From an uncultured Dysgonomonas sp. (GTDB lineage Bacteria; Bacteroidota; Bacteroidia; Bacteroidales; Dysgonomonadaceae), in NCBI GenBank assembly GCA_946482065.1, contig CAMLQA010000003.1, positions 21,947-85,946 of the forward strand: a DNA stretch of 64,000 bases, read 5' to 3'. The notes under the pieces were generated by a model that worked only from the letters and a program-made list of their open reading frames with translations, had not been told where the DNA came from and made no database searches. The translations under genes and the position numbers were made by a program. How positions within the stretch are numbered: the stretch's first letter is position 1; each line of letters begins with the position of its first letter. Shown one piece after another: positions 49,706-61,461 of the stretch.

Positions 49706-50941
49706 ATGGTATCCAAAAAGCTATACATAATTATAATATCCTTAGTAAGTCTTTTACCCTTCACAAGCTTAAATGCAGATAACAATTTCTTACTTCTTAG
49801 CGATTCAGCACAAATAAGCCTTTTAACCAATTCTCCTTGGAATAAAGAAGTATATGCCATGTTTGGTCATACAGTGATAAGAGTTAATGATCCCTCAAAC
49901 AAAATTGATCTTGCATTTAATTATGGTACATTTGATTTTAATAGTCCGAATTTCTTATGGCGTTTCGTAACAGGCGAAACAGATTATAAACTAGCCATAT
50001 ATGATATGTTTTTATATCTTAGAGAATATAATTATCGGGGTGTAGAAGTTAGAGAACAAGTTTTAAATCTAAATCAAAATGAAAAACAAAAAATATGGGA
50101 AGCGTTATTGATAAACGCTAAACCTGAAAATGAAACGTATCGTTACAATTTTTTATATAATAATTGCGCTACTCGTCCACGAGACATTATTGAACAAAAT
50201 ATAGACGGGACTATAAATTACACGCCAACAAATAAATCACAAACATACAGGAACCTTATACATGAATGCGTTAAAAGCGAACCTTGGTTGCGTTTCGGAA
50301 TTGATCTTGTTATCGGAGGCGACGCTGATAAAATTATTACCGATAGACAAAAAGATTTTTTACCCCAATATTTAAATAATGCTTATCATGGCGCAACAAT
50401 AGAAGGAAAAGACAATGAAACACGAAGTTTAGTAAAATCGGAAAGGATCTTATTAAATAAGAATAATGTTAATTTTGAAGAACATAGTACCAATAGTCCA
50501 TTAATTATTGGATATATTCTTTTACTAATAACTATGGCAATTTCTTATTATTTTTATAAAAAAAATAAAATTATTTTAGGGAAAATATTTAGCACTTTAA
50601 TATTTATTACAGCCGGATTGTTTGGTAGTATAATCTTCTTTTTAATGTTTTTTTCTGAGCATCCATGCGTTTATCCTAATTGGAATCTTGTATGGCTTCA
50701 CCCTTTGCATTTGATTATAGGAAGTTTATTTTTTGTAAAACCTCTCACAAAATATATTTATTACTATCATTTTATTAACTTTGTGGCGCTGTTATTATTT
50801 CTTTTGGCATGGGTTTTGATACCCCAACAATTAGAATCAGCATTTATTCCATATATTCTTATAATTGGAGTTTGTTCTGGTATGAATGTTTTAGCAGTAA
50901 GAAGAATGGGTGAACAGAATAGCTTTTTGTTTGCAAAATAA
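49706..50941 (+). CDS. DUF4105 (Lnb N-terminal periplasmic domain) membrane protein; candidate Bacteroidota lipoprotein N-acyltransferase family
   Basis: Signal/anchor, then a periplasmic domain (FGHTVIRVNDPSNKIDLAFNYGTFDF), then about 5 C-terminal TM helices. The DUF4105/Lnb link is from memory. Confidence 0.55.
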   Translation: MVSKKLYIIIISLVSLLPFTSLNADNNFLLLSDSAQISLLTNSPWNKEVYAMFGHTVIRVNDPSNKIDLAFNYGTFDFNSPNFLWRFVTGETDYKLAIYDMFLYLREYNYRGVEVREQVLNLNQNEKQKIWEALLINAKPENETYRYNFLYNNCATRPRDIIEQNIDGTINYTPTNKSQTYRNLIHECVKSEPWLRFGIDLVIGGDADKIITDRQKDFLPQYLNNAYHGATIEGKDNETRSLVKSERILLNKNNVNFEEHSTNSPLIIGYILLLITMAISYYFYKKNKIILGKIFSTLIFITAGLFGSIIFFLMFFSEHPCVYPNWNLVWLHPLHLIIGSLFFVKPLTKYIYYYHFINFVALLLFLLAWVLIPQQLESAFIPYILIIGVCSGMNVLAVRRMGEQNSFLFAK

Positions 50942-50957
50942 GTATTACAATAATTCA

Positions 50958-52541
50958 ATGATAAGAATATTAACATCGCTCGTCGCAGTCTTTACTGTCA
51001 CTTCTATACAGGCTCAAACAAATACAATTGGACGAGAAACTCCAAAATTGGTTATCGGAATTACCGTAGATCAGTTGCGGGGAGATTATTTAGATCTTTT
51101 CCAAAACTCTTTTTCTGAGAAAGGATTTAAACGTTTACTAAGTGAAGGTCTTGTCTATGAAAATATGTCGTTCGATTTTCCAAATCTCAATGATGCGTCT
51201 TCAATAGCTACAATTTATACAGGTACAACACCTTTCTATCATGGCATTGTAGGGGATACAAAATATTTAACGAAGCAAAAACAAATAGTTTCAACTTTTA
51301 CAGATGATAATTTTCTTGGAAATTATACTAATGAAAAAGTTTCCCCGCTACCGTTGCAAGTTTCGACAATTACAGATGAATTAAAAAAAGCTTCCCATAA
51401 TTCTTCTGATGTTTATTCATTTGCGCCATTATCAAGTCAAGCGCTTGTCACAGCAGGACATTTGGCAAATTGTGCCTTTTGGGTAAATGATCAATCAGGG
51501 AAATGGGCTTCATCTACTTATTATCAAAATTTTTATTGGTTAGTAGATCAGGAAAATAAAAGTAATAATTCTTATGCGGTAACATCATTTGGAAAATATT
51601 GGAATCCTCTTTTAGATACCAAACAATATAATGCATTTCCATATTCGCAAGGGTTTATCAATTTTCAGCATAATTTGGGAATGGAAACCCGTGAAGCATA
51701 TAAATTATTCAAAAAATCGCCTTATGTTAATGAGTATATTCGTGACATGGCAGTCAAAATTATTTCCAAAGCAGATATGGGTAAACGCATAACACCTGAT
51801 TACCTAGCTTTGACATTTTACGCCGGAAGTTTTCCCGGAATAGGGGATTATTCTGCTGAAATACAAGATACTTATTTGCGTTTGGATAGAGATATTGAAA
51901 TTTTATTAAATGAAATAGATAAGACAATAGGTCTTAAAAATACCTTCATATTTCTTACATCAACAGGATATTACGACGACAATGAAGAGCCAGATTTAGT
52001 TTTAAACCGTGGTGTTTTTCATATTAATCGTTGCGAAGCTTTATTAAATATGTATTTGATGGCTATCTATGGAAATAATCAATGGGTAGAGAAATTTCAC
52101 AATAATCAGGTATATCTTAATAGAAAATTAATTGAAGACAAAAAAATACCTCTTAAAGAAATACAACAAAAATCAGCTGAATTTATAGCTGAATTTACAG
52201 GAGTTCAAGATGTTTATACGTCCTATCAATTGATGCACGGTGAATGGAATCCTGTTATGGAATATTATAAAAATGGCTTTACCAAAGAAACAGGAGGCGA
52301 TTTATTTGTAGAAATACAACCGGGATATAAGATTGTAAATGAGCAAGACGCTTATTATAAAACTAAAATCGTACGAAATAACGCAATTATATGTCCTGTT
52401 ATCTTCTTCGGGAACAATATTAAACCACAAAGAATAAAAAGAACTATAAAATCTACAGAAATAGCTCCCACAATATCGCATGTGCTGCGTATACGACCTC
52501 CAAATGCAGCGTCTGAACAACCTTTATCGGAGTTATTCTGA
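50958..52541 (+). CDS. Alkaline-phosphatase-superfamily protein (phosphodiesterase/pyrophosphatase-like), secreted
   Basis: Signal peptide MIRILTSLVAVFTVTSIQAQ and VIGITVDQLRGDY metal-site motif. ATG at 50958 is preferred over the track start 50910. Confidence 0.6.
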   Translation: MIRILTSLVAVFTVTSIQAQTNTIGRETPKLVIGITVDQLRGDYLDLFQNSFSEKGFKRLLSEGLVYENMSFDFPNLNDASSIATIYTGTTPFYHGIVGDTKYLTKQKQIVSTFTDDNFLGNYTNEKVSPLPLQVSTITDELKKASHNSSDVYSFAPLSSQALVTAGHLANCAFWVNDQSGKWASSTYYQNFYWLVDQENKSNNSYAVTSFGKYWNPLLDTKQYNAFPYSQGFINFQHNLGMETREAYKLFKKSPYVNEYIRDMAVKIISKADMGKRITPDYLALTFYAGSFPGIGDYSAEIQDTYLRLDRDIEILLNEIDKTIGLKNTFIFLTSTGYYDDNEEPDLVLNRGVFHINRCEALLNMYLMAIYGNNQWVEKFHNNQVYLNRKLIEDKKIPLKEIQQKSAEFIAEFTGVQDVYTSYQLMHGEWNPVMEYYKNGFTKETGGDLFVEIQPGYKIVNEQDAYYKTKIVRNNAIICPVIFFGNNIKPQRIKRTIKSTEIAPTISHVLRIRPPNAASEQPLSELF

Positions 52542-52605
52542 TTGTAAAAGAAAAGAATAAATTAAATTTAAAATCAAATTACGAAATAAAATAAAAATAA
52601 TCTAT

Positions 52606-55600
52606 ATGGGATTCAATGATATTCTGACGAAACTTTTCGGAAATAAATCACAAAGAGACTTAAAAGAGATCAATCCATACGTTGATAAAGTAAAAATTGC
52701 ATATGAAACTATAAAAAACTTATCTCATGATGAATTAAGAAATAAAACAATTGAGATAAGACAAAAAATACAAGATTATGTAGCTACGGAGAAGAACAAA
52801 ATAACTGAACTCAAATCAGGTATTGAAGCCATAGAAATAGACAAACGTGAAGATATATGGGCTGAAATAGATAAACTTGAGAAAGAAATAACATCCAAGT
52901 ACGAAGCAATACTCGATGAATTATTACCAGAGGTATTCGCAATAGTTAAAGATACAGCAAGACGTTTTACCGAAAATGAAGAGATAGAAGTAACTGCGAC
53001 AGATTTTGACCGTGAGTTAGCCAAAAACCATGATTTTGTAGAAATAGATGGGGAGAAGGCAATTTATTTCAATCACTGGGTAGCAGGTGGTAATGAAATT
53101 ACGTGGGATATGATACATTATGATGTACAGTTATTCGGAGGTACTGTGCTTCATAAAGGTAAAATCGCTGAGATGGCAACAGGAGAAGGTAAAACTTTAG
53201 TCGGTACACTTCCTGTATTTTTAAACGCTTTGACGGGTGAAGGCGTGCATGTCGTGACAGTCAATGACTATTTAGCAAAACGTGACTCGGAATGGATGGG
53301 ACCAATCTACATGTTCAATGGATTGTCAGTAGACTGTATTGACAAGCATCAACCCAATTCAGAAGCCCGTCGCCAAGCATACCGCGCGGATATTACATTT
53401 GGTACAAATAATGAATTTGGCTTTGATTACCTGCGTGATAACATGGCAATCAATCCCAATGATCTTGTACAACGGAAACATAATTATGCGATTGTCGACG
53501 AGGTTGATTCAGTTTTGATTGATGATGCCCGTACTCCGTTAATTATCTCGGGTCCGATACCAAAAGGAGAAGAACAATTATACGAAGAATTTAGACCACG
53601 AGTAGAAGTTATCGTAAAAGCTCAACGTGACCTATGTACAAAATTATTAGCCGAAGCCAGGTCAAAAATTAGTTCAGAAGATAAAAAAGTTCAGGAAGAA
53701 GGATTCTTTAATTTATACCAATCATATAAAGGTTTACCCAAAAACAAACCATTAATTAAATTTCTAAGTGAGCAAGGCGTTAAAGCCGGGATGCTTAAAA
53801 CCGAAGAAACTTATATGGCTGAACAAAGCCGTAGAATGCATGAGGTAACAGATGAATTGTATTTCATTATTGATGAAAAAAATAATCAAGTTGAGCTTAC
53901 AGATAAAGGAATTGACTTGTTAACAGGAAATTCTGAAGATCCCCATTTCTTTGTATTGCCCGATATAGGAGCAGAACTATCCGAATTGGAAAACCAATCT
54001 ATCTCGGATGAAGAAAAAGCAGAGAAGAAAGACGGCATAATGCAAAATTACTCCATAAAATCTGAACGTGTACATACTATCAATCAATTGCTTAAAGCAT
54101 ATTCCTTATTCGAAAAAGATGATGAATATGTTGTAATAGACAATAAGGTGATGATTGTAGACGAGCAAACAGGCCGTATTATGGATGGTCGCCGCTATTC
54201 GGATGGTTTACACCAAGCTATAGAAGCTAAAGAGCGAGTAAAAGTAGAAGCGGCAACGCAAACATTCGCTACAATTACTCTTCAAAATTACTTCCGTATG
54301 TATAATAAGCTGTCTGGGATGACAGGTACAGCCGAAACGGAAGCCGGTGAGCTTTGGGATATATATAAATTGGATGTTGTCGTTATTCCTACAAATCGAC
54401 CAATTGCACGTAAAGATATGAATGATCGTATCTACAAAACAAAGCGAGAAAAATACAGTGCAGTTATTGAAGAAATTGTAGATCTTGTAAGTCAAGGACG
54501 AGCAGTGCTTGTGGGTACGACATCAGTCGAAATATCTGAGCTGCTAAGTAAAATGCTTACAATGCGTAAGATTAAACATAGCGTTTTGAATGCTAAGTTA
54601 CACCAAAAAGAAGCTGAAATTGTAGCTAATGCCGGACAAATAGGCGCTGTAACTATCGCCACCAATATGGCAGGTCGTGGTACCGACATTAAATTGGCTC
54701 CGGAGGTGAAACAAGCCGGAGGATTGGCAATTATAGGTACGGAACGCCATGAATCTCGACGTGTAGATCGTCAGCTACGAGGTCGTGCCGGACGTCAGGG
54801 AGATCCCGGTTCATCCGTATTCTATATTTCATTAGAAGATGATTTGATGCGTTTGTTCGCATCTGAACGTATTGCCAGAATGATGGATCGTATGGGCTTC
54901 AAAGAAGGTGAAATGCTTGAACATAGCATGCTTAGTAGGTCAGTAGAAAATGCGCAGAAAAAGGTTGAAGAAAATAACTTTGGTATACGTAAACGCTTGC
55001 TTGAATATGACGATGTAATGAACTCGCAACGTGAAGTTATTTACAAACGTCGTCGTCATGCGCTTATGGGAGAACGTATTGGTATTGATATTATTAATAT
55101 GTTTTACGATGCGTCATTAGATTTAGTTGATAAGTATACAAATGACAATGATTTTGAAGGACTTAAAATAGATACATTACGGATATTAGCCATTGAATGT
55201 CCATTTGATGAATCTGCGTTTCGTTCAGCTAAACCCGAAAAATTAGTTGACGAATTATTTGAATGCGCAGTACAGAACTTTAAGCAAAAAATGGATCGTC
55301 TTGGAGAAATTACTCAACCTGTTATCAAACAAGTTTATGAAGAACAAGGAAACAGATATGAAAACATACTGATACCGATTACAGATGGTAAACGTATTTA
55401 TAATATCTCTTGTAATTTAAAAGAAGCTTATGAGTCAGAATCAAAATCCGTAATAAGATCATTTGAGAAAGCAATTGTTCTACATACAATTGATGAATCT
55501 TGGAAAGAGCATTTACGTGAAATGGATGAACTACGTCAATCAGTACAAAATGCTAGTTATGAGCAAAAAGATCCACTTTTAATTTATAAATTAGAATCTT

Positions 55601-55905
55601 TCAGCTTATTCAAAACAATGGTAAACAACGTCAATCGTAAAGCCGTAACTGTTCTTATGCGAGGTCAGGTTCCTGTGAGGGAGCCGGAACAAGTGCAAGA
55701 GGCTAAAAGAGAAGAAAAAACCGATTATAGCAAAATGAAGGCTGGACGTACAGACAATGTTCCTAATTCACAACAACAGTCAAATCAACCTCAGCAACAA
55801 CAAAAAGTATCTCCTATTAAGGTTGATAAAATACCCGGACGTAACGATCCGTGTTTTTGTGGAAGTGGATTAAAATATAAAAATTGCCATGGTAAAAATG
55901 CTTGA
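52606..55905 (+). CDS. secA: Preprotein translocase ATPase SecA
   Basis: [10 protein letters not shown] Walker [20 protein letters not shown] and [11 protein letters not shown]-terminal zinc finger [14 protein letters not shown]. Confidence 0.97.
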   Translation: MGFNDILTKLFGNKSQRDLKEINPYVDKVKIAYETIKNLSHDELRNKTIEIRQKIQDYVATEKNKITELKSGIEAIEIDKREDIWAEIDKLEKEITSKYEAILDELLPEVFAIVKDTARRFTENEEIEVTATDFDRELAKNHDFVEIDGEKAIYFNHWVAGGNEITWDMIHYDVQLFGGTVLHKGKIAEMATGEGKTLVGTLPVFLNALTGEGVHVVTVNDYLAKRDSEWMGPIYMFNGLSVDCIDKHQPNSEARRQAYRADITFGTNNEFGFDYLRDNMAINPNDLVQRKHNYAIVDEVDSVLIDDARTPLIISGPIPKGEEQLYEEFRPRVEVIVKAQRDLCTKLLAEARSKISSEDKKVQEEGFFNLYQSYKGLPKNKPLIKFLSEQGVKAGMLKTEETYMAEQSRRMHEVTDELYFIIDEKNNQVELTDKGIDLLTGNSEDPHFFVLPDIGAELSELENQSISDEEKAEKKDGIMQNYSIKSERVHTINQLLKAYSLFEKDDEYVVIDNKVMIVDEQTGRIMDGRRYSDGLHQAIEAKERVKVEAATQTFATITLQNYFRMYNKLSGMTGTAETEAGELWDIYKLDVVVIPTNRPIARKDMNDRIYKTKREKYSAVIEEIVDLVSQGRAVLVGTTSVEISELLSKMLTMRKIKHSVLNAKLHQKEAEIVANAGQIGAVTIATNMAGRGTDIKLAPEVKQAGGLAIIGTERHESRRVDRQLRGRAGRQGDPGSSVFYISLEDDLMRLFASERIARMMDRMGFKEGEMLEHSMLSRSVENAQKKVEENNFGIRKRLLEYDDVMNSQREVIYKRRRHALMGERIGIDIINMFYDASLDLVDKYTNDNDFEGLKIDTLRILAIECPFDESAFRSAKPEKLVDELFECAVQNFKQKMDRLGEITQPVIKQVYEEQGNRYENILIPITDGKRIYNISCNLKEAYESESKSVIRSFEKAIVLHTIDESWKEHLREMDELRQSVQNASYEQKDPLLIYKLESFSLFKTMVNNVNRKAVTVLMRGQVPVREPEQVQEAKREEKTDYSKMKAGRTDNVPNSQQQSNQPQQQQKVSPIKVDKIPGRNDPCFCGSGLKYKNCHGKNA

Positions 55906-55941
55906 CAAAATGTATTGAATCTATAAATTATAAATAATTTT

Positions 55942-55978
55942 AAAAGCCTGATGATTTGCTATATTCGTCAGGCTTTTT
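55942..55978 (+). terminator. Intrinsic terminator after secA
   Basis: AGCCTGATGA-N10-TCGTCAGGCT (one G-U pair) followed by TTTTT. Confidence 0.7.
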
Positions 55979-56104
55979 GTTAACAAAAGTTTCATTAATA
56001 GGATAATAATTTGTATCTTAGCATGATTTTTCTGTAATTGTAAAACAGGAAATACAAAAAGAGAAAGTTAATAAAATAATAGAGAATATATAGTTAATAA
56101 AATA

Positions 56105-58642
56105 ATGACAGATCAAGAAGACAGAATTATTAAAATTAACATCGAGGAAGAAATGAAATCGGCTTACATTGACTATTCAATGTCAGTCATTGTATCGCGT
56201 GCCTTACCTGATGTAAGAGATGGTTTTAAACCAGTTCACAGACGTATCCTTTATGGTATGAGTGAATTGGGTAATACATCCAATAAACCGCATAAAAAAT
56301 CCGCAAGAATAGTAGGGGAGGTATTAGGTAAATATCACCCGCACGGAGACTCATCCGTATATTATGCTATGGTACGTATGGCTCAGGAATGGAGCATGCG
56401 TTATTTACTTGTTGATGGGCAAGGTAACATGGGAAGTGTCGATGGGGACAGCCCTGCAGCTATGCGTTATACAGAGGCAAGGTTAAGCAAATTAGCGGAA
56501 GAAATGCTTAAAGATATTGACAAAGAAACAGTTGATTTTCAACTCAACTTTGATGATACTTTAAGAGAGCCGACAGTACTTCCAACACGTATTCCAAACC
56601 TTTTGATTAACGGAGCTTCCGGTATTGCCGTGGGTATGGCTACAAATATGCCTCCGCACAATATGACTGAGGTTATAAATGCTACAATTGCTTACATAGA
56701 TAATAATGAAATTGATATAGATGGGTTGATGGAATATGTAAAAGCGCCGGATTTTCCATCGGGTGGTTTTATATATGGTTATCAAGGTGTAAAAGATGCC
56801 TTCCATACAGGACGCGGACGTGTGATATTACGTGGACGCGCTGAAATTGAAACAGAACGCTCACATGATAAAATTGTTATTTCAGAAATTCCGTATCTTG
56901 TAAATAAAGCAGAGTTAATTAAACATATCGCCGATCTCGTAGGCGAAAAGAAACTTGAAGGAATTAGCAATGTTAATGATGAATCTGATCGTCAAGGAAT
57001 GCGTATTGTCGTTGACATCAAACGTGACGCAAATGCTAATGTTGTATTAAATAAACTATATAAATTAACCGCACTTCAATCATCTTTTAGCGTAAATAAC
57101 ATAGCGTTAGTAAATGGACGTCCTCGTACTTTAAATCTCAAAGAGATGATATCATGTTTCGTTGAACATAGGCATGATGTTGTTATCCGACGTACAAATT
57201 TCGATTTACGAAAAGCAGAAGAAAGAGCGCATATATTAGAAGGATTGATTATAGCTTCAGATAATATTGATGAAGTTATAAAAATAATCAGAGCTTCAAA
57301 ATCACCACAAGAAGCAATTGATGAATTAATTTCCCGTTTTGGATTGACAGATATTCAAGCGAGAGCTATCGTTGAAATGCGTTTGCGTCAATTGACAGGA
57401 CTCGAACAAGATAAGCTTCATGCAGAATACGAAGAAATCAAAAAGTTAATTGAATATTTAAATGAAATTTTGACAAACGACGAACTTTGTCGAAAAGTTA
57501 TAAAAGACGAATTGATTGAAATCAGAGATAAATATGGAGATCAACGTCGTAGCGAAATTGTATATTCTTCCGAAGAACTCAATCCCGAAGATTTTTACGC
57601 TAATGATGAAATGATTATAACCATATCTCATATGGGTTATATCAAACGTACGCCATTGAGCGAATTCAAATCCCAAAATAGAGGCGGAGTAGGAGCTAAA
57701 GGTTCAGAAACCCGTGATGAAGACTTTATAGAATATATATATCCGGCATCTATGCATAACTATATGTTATTGTTTACTCAAAAAGGCAGATGCTTTTGGT
57801 TACGTGTATTTGATATACCCGAAGGAAGTAAAAACTCAAAAGGTCGCGCAATTCAAAACTTATTGAATATCGAATCGGATGATAAGGTTACAGCCTTTAT
57901 TAGAATAAAAGGATTTAGAGATACAGAATTTGTTAAAAGTCACTACCTTATATTTGGAACTAAGCAAGGAATTGTGAAAAAAACAAGTTTGGAAGCATAT
58001 TCGCGTCCTCGTCTGAATGGAGTAAATGCTATTACGATTCGGGAAGATGACAAAGTGATAGAAGTTCTGATGACAGATGGAAACAGTGAAATATTATTAG
58101 CGAATAGAAATGGTCGCGCTATTCGTTTCCATGAATCTAATGTTCGGGAAATGGGACGTACCGCAACAGGAGTTCGTGGTATGCGTATCGATGAAGATGG
58201 TACTGATGAAGTTATTGGAATGCTTGCGTTAACTCAGGAAGATTTGCAAAATCAGACAATAATGGTTGTATCAGAATTGGGTTACGGTAAACGTACCCGA
58301 GTAAATGATGAAGATGGCGAACCTGTATATCGCATAACAAGTAGAGGCGGTAAAGGCGTAAAAACTTTAAATATTACGGAAAAAACCGGTAAATTAGTCT
58401 CCATTGATAGCGTCACAGATGAAAATGATTTAATGATCATTAATAAATCCGGAATAACAATCAGAATGAAAGTTTCCGATCTTCGTGTAATGGGACGCGC
58501 AACACAAGGGGTAAGACTTATAAATTTAGGAAAAAGGAATGATGAAATAGCAGCTGTATGTAAAGTATCATCTGAAAATGAAGAAGAAAATAATGATATT
58601 GATAATACAGAAAACATTAATTCTGAATCAGAAAATAATTAA
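56105..58642 (+). CDS. gyrA: DNA gyrase subunit A
   Basis: [22 protein letters not shown] active-site Tyr region and C-terminal beta-pinwheel repeats. Acidic N/E-rich tail. Confidence 0.97.
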   Translation: MTDQEDRIIKINIEEEMKSAYIDYSMSVIVSRALPDVRDGFKPVHRRILYGMSELGNTSNKPHKKSARIVGEVLGKYHPHGDSSVYYAMVRMAQEWSMRYLLVDGQGNMGSVDGDSPAAMRYTEARLSKLAEEMLKDIDKETVDFQLNFDDTLREPTVLPTRIPNLLINGASGIAVGMATNMPPHNMTEVINATIAYIDNNEIDIDGLMEYVKAPDFPSGGFIYGYQGVKDAFHTGRGRVILRGRAEIETERSHDKIVISEIPYLVNKAELIKHIADLVGEKKLEGISNVNDESDRQGMRIVVDIKRDANANVVLNKLYKLTALQSSFSVNNIALVNGRPRTLNLKEMISCFVEHRHDVVIRRTNFDLRKAEERAHILEGLIIASDNIDEVIKIIRASKSPQEAIDELISRFGLTDIQARAIVEMRLRQLTGLEQDKLHAEYEEIKKLIEYLNEILTNDELCRKVIKDELIEIRDKYGDQRRSEIVYSSEELNPEDFYANDEMIITISHMGYIKRTPLSEFKSQNRGGVGAKGSETRDEDFIEYIYPASMHNYMLLFTQKGRCFWLRVFDIPEGSKNSKGRAIQNLLNIESDDKVTAFIRIKGFRDTEFVKSHYLIFGTKQGIVKKTSLEAYSRPRLNGVNAITIREDDKVIEVLMTDGNSEILLANRNGRAIRFHESNVREMGRTATGVRGMRIDEDGTDEVIGMLALTQEDLQNQTIMVVSELGYGKRTRVNDEDGEPVYRITSRGGKGVKTLNITEKTGKLVSIDSVTDENDLMIINKSGITIRMKVSDLRVMGRATQGVRLINLGKRNDEIAAVCKVSSENEEENNDIDNTENINSESENN

Positions 58643-58663
58643 TTAATTAAATAATCTATTAAT

Positions 58664-59971
58664 ATGAAAAGAACATTTATTGTTGTATCCCTATGTTTGG
58701 TTACAGGATTTTCGTTTGCTCAGAAAATAGCTGTTAAGGATGCAAAAACTGCATTATCTAAAAATAGCTTTTCTGAAGCTAGAGATCTAATTAAACCTGC
58801 CCTTACTAATCCGGAGACTGCTATGGATGCAGAAACATGGAAAGTTGCCGGAGATATAGAATTTAAAGTCGCAGATACGGAAATAGACAAAGAAAAGCTT
58901 AAAGCATTCGCGCCAAACGGTATGGGTGGCGATGAAGTTGCTATGTATGAAGGTATGTATAGAATGTATCAGCCTTATTTAAAAGCAGATTCATTAGGAG
59001 AATTACCTGACGCTAAAGGAAAAATCAAGAATAAGGTAAGAAAGGATATCGTGAAAAATTTTAAAATCGTTTATCCTTACTATCCTAATGCAGGAGTCTA
59101 CTATAATAAAAATGAAAACTTGGATAGAGCATCCAGAATGTTTGAAATGTATTGGAAAATCCCCAATTTAAATATTTTCACTCCAAAAGATGTTGAAGAA
59201 TTAAAACAAAATGTACCGGATAGCGCATTTCAAGTAATCAAATATTATGCCGTTATCACAGCTATTCAAGCAGGAGATAAAAATAGATCTCAACAATTGA
59301 TTAAAGATTTAATAGCTGAACCTTATGTAACAAATAGTACTTATAAGGAAAGTGATCCGTACGAACTTCTTACAAGTGAATATCTATCTATGGGTGACAC
59401 GATCAATTACATTGAATCTCTTAAATCAGGCGCTAACAAATTTCCTAAAAATCAGTATTTTACTGTAAATCTAATTAATCAATATATAACATCAGGAAAT
59501 AAAGAAAAAGCGTTGAATTTTTTAGATCAAGCTATTGAAAATTCTCCTAATGACAAATGTTTATTCACCAGTGTTAAAGGATCATTGTTTGCTGAAACAA
59601 AAGAATATGAAACAGCAATTAATCTATATAATGAAGCCTTAGCTGCTGATCCAAGCTGCGAACGTTCATTAGAAGGATTGGCTTTGGTATATATATTTCA
59701 AGCTCAAGATTTAAAAGAAAGTTCATTTCAATTGTCTAGAACAGCACAAGTTGAAGCTGATAAAAAGACTGTCGATTTATATTTGAAAGGTTTACCTTTA
59801 TTGGAAAAATTATATAATATCCAAGTAGAGAAACAAGATAGTAAATCTAATATTAAAAAGACATTACAAAAGCTTCAAAATGTTTATTATAATTTGAGTT
59901 CATTAAATGTAGATAAAGCTAAAGAATTGAAAGACGTAGAAGATCAACTTGAAGATTTGAAATACGATTAA
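58664..59971 (+). CDS. Secreted TPR-like repeat protein
   Basis: Signal peptide (SFAQ). TPR-like helical repeats (KEKALNFLDQAIENSPND..., YETAINLYNEALAADPS). Confidence 0.55.
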   Translation: MKRTFIVVSLCLVTGFSFAQKIAVKDAKTALSKNSFSEARDLIKPALTNPETAMDAETWKVAGDIEFKVADTEIDKEKLKAFAPNGMGGDEVAMYEGMYRMYQPYLKADSLGELPDAKGKIKNKVRKDIVKNFKIVYPYYPNAGVYYNKNENLDRASRMFEMYWKIPNLNIFTPKDVEELKQNVPDSAFQVIKYYAVITAIQAGDKNRSQQLIKDLIAEPYVTNSTYKESDPYELLTSEYLSMGDTINYIESLKSGANKFPKNQYFTVNLINQYITSGNKEKALNFLDQAIENSPNDKCLFTSVKGSLFAETKEYETAINLYNEALAADPSCERSLEGLALVYIFQAQDLKESSFQLSRTAQVEADKKTVDLYLKGLPLLEKLYNIQVEKQDSKSNIKKTLQKLQNVYYNLSSLNVDKAKELKDVEDQLEDLKYD

Positions 59972-59990
59972 TCAATAAAAAATTATACCC

Positions 59991-60028
59991 AAAAAAGCAT
60001 TTGCAAAATAATTGCAAATGCTTTTTTA
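59991..60028 (+). terminator. Intrinsic terminator after the TPR gene
   Basis: AAAAAAGCATTTGCAA-N6-TTGCAAATGCTTTTTT, a perfect stem with a T run. Confidence 0.8.
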
Positions 60029-60194
60029 TTTATACATATCGCTGTTTAAAAAACAAACTACATTTGTTATATAATTACTATTATGTTTAATTTTTAATTA
60101 GTATATAATCTGATAATATCTTCCACTGCTTTCATAATATAAATTAAAATAGTTTCTATACCTTTACATATAAAATTTATAATATTGCAACAAT

Positions 60195-61298
60195 ATGGAC
60201 CATATAGAAAACGATGAATCATTTAAAGGTTTACAGATTAATAAAGGAACAAGTGAACAGCCTATAGTAAATCCATATTTAAAGAACTTCAGCAAATATA
60301 AGCGGAAAATCTATAATGCTTCTGAATATGTAGATGGAATACTGAAAGGCAACATTGCGATTTTAAGCCAAGCCGTAACATTAATAGAAAGCTCAAAATC
60401 GGATCATCAAATCATAGCACAAGAAGTTATAGAAAAATGTTTACCCTATTCAGGCAATTCAATAAGGATAGGAATAACAGGCGTACCGGGTGCAGGCAAA
60501 AGTACTTCCATTGATGCTTTTGGAATGCATTTATTGAAACAAAACCACAAACTTGCGGTTTTGGCGATAGATCCTTCAAGTGAAGTATCCAAAGGAAGTA
60601 TTCTTGGCGATAAGACACGTATGGAGCGTCTTGCTATTGATCACAACGCATTTATACGCCCCTCTCCTTCTGCCGGTTCTTTAGGTGGAGTTGCTCGAAA
60701 AACGAGAGAAACCATTATTTTGTGTGAAGCTGCCGGTTTTGATCGGGTGATAATAGAAACTGTTGGCGTAGGACAATCTGAAACAGCAGTACATTCCATG
60801 GTTGATTTCTTTTTGCTAATCCAATTAGCTGGAACGGGAGATGAATTACAAGGTATCAAACGCGGCATCATGGAAATGGCTGATGGTATTATTATCAACA
60901 AAGCTGATGGAAATAACATAGAAAAAGCTCGCCTTGCCCAAAGTCATTTTAAAAATGCTTTACACTTGTTTCCTCTTCCGGCTTCTGGCTGGCAACCTAA
61001 GGTATTAACATATTCGGGTTATTATGAGATAGGTATTGAGGATGTGTGGAATATGATTGAAGAGTACACTTCATTTGTTAAAAAAAATGGCTATTTTGAG
61101 CATCGACGCAATGAGCAATCAAAGTATTGGATGTACGAGACCATTAATGAACAGCTAAAAAGTAATTTTTATAATAATAATGACGTTCAAAATGAGTTAA
61201 AAAACTGTGAAGAGTTGGTTTTAAATTCAAAAATGAGTTCTTTTGCAGCAGCTGGGAAAGTATTGAATTTATACTATAATAAAAATGACATTAAATAA
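60195..61298 (+). CDS. meaB: Methylmalonyl-CoA mutase-associated G3E GTPase MeaB/ArgK
   Basis: GITGVPGAGKST P-loop, ETVGVGQSE and INKADG motifs. Confidence 0.85.
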   Translation: MDHIENDESFKGLQINKGTSEQPIVNPYLKNFSKYKRKIYNASEYVDGILKGNIAILSQAVTLIESSKSDHQIIAQEVIEKCLPYSGNSIRIGITGVPGAGKSTSIDAFGMHLLKQNHKLAVLAIDPSSEVSKGSILGDKTRMERLAIDHNAFIRPSPSAGSLGGVARKTRETIILCEAAGFDRVIIETVGVGQSETAVHSMVDFFLLIQLAGTGDELQGIKRGIMEMADGIIINKADGNNIEKARLAQSHFKNALHLFPLPASGWQPKVLTYSGYYEIGIEDVWNMIEEYTSFVKKNGYFEHRRNEQSKYWMYETINEQLKSNFYNNNDVQNELKNCEELVLNSKMSSFAAAGKVLNLYYNKNDIK

Positions 61299-61360
61299 AA
61301 AAAATAATATCATACATACACTTTATTATTTTTTTAAATTTGTTTTTTAGGCTAAATAAT

Positions 61361-61368
61361 TATATTTG
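61361..61368 (+). promoter_or_regulatory. Candidate -7 box (TATATTTG) upstream of the ROK kinase gene
   Basis: TAnnTTTG match about 94 nt upstream of the ATG at 61462. Confidence 0.3.
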
Positions 61369-61461
61369 TAAGGCATTTCTACTTATAAATATAGAATCTA
61401 ATATAATAATATTCATTGAAAATAATATATTCATTGTTATAATAATAAACAAAACAAAATC

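Noticed and set aside
44797-58642. parE-like and gyrA genes in the same window as a possible unusual topoisomerase pairing.
   Set aside because: They are separated by about 10 kb of unrelated genes. The 620-aa subunit B fits topoisomerase IV ParE, and the 845-aa protein fits GyrA. This is ordinary housekeeping content.
60195-61298. MeaB/ArgK GTPase with no adjacent methylmalonyl-CoA mutase genes.
   Set aside because: The mutase subunits may simply lie elsewhere in the genome. Unlinked meaB is not unusual, and nothing in the sequence is aberrant.
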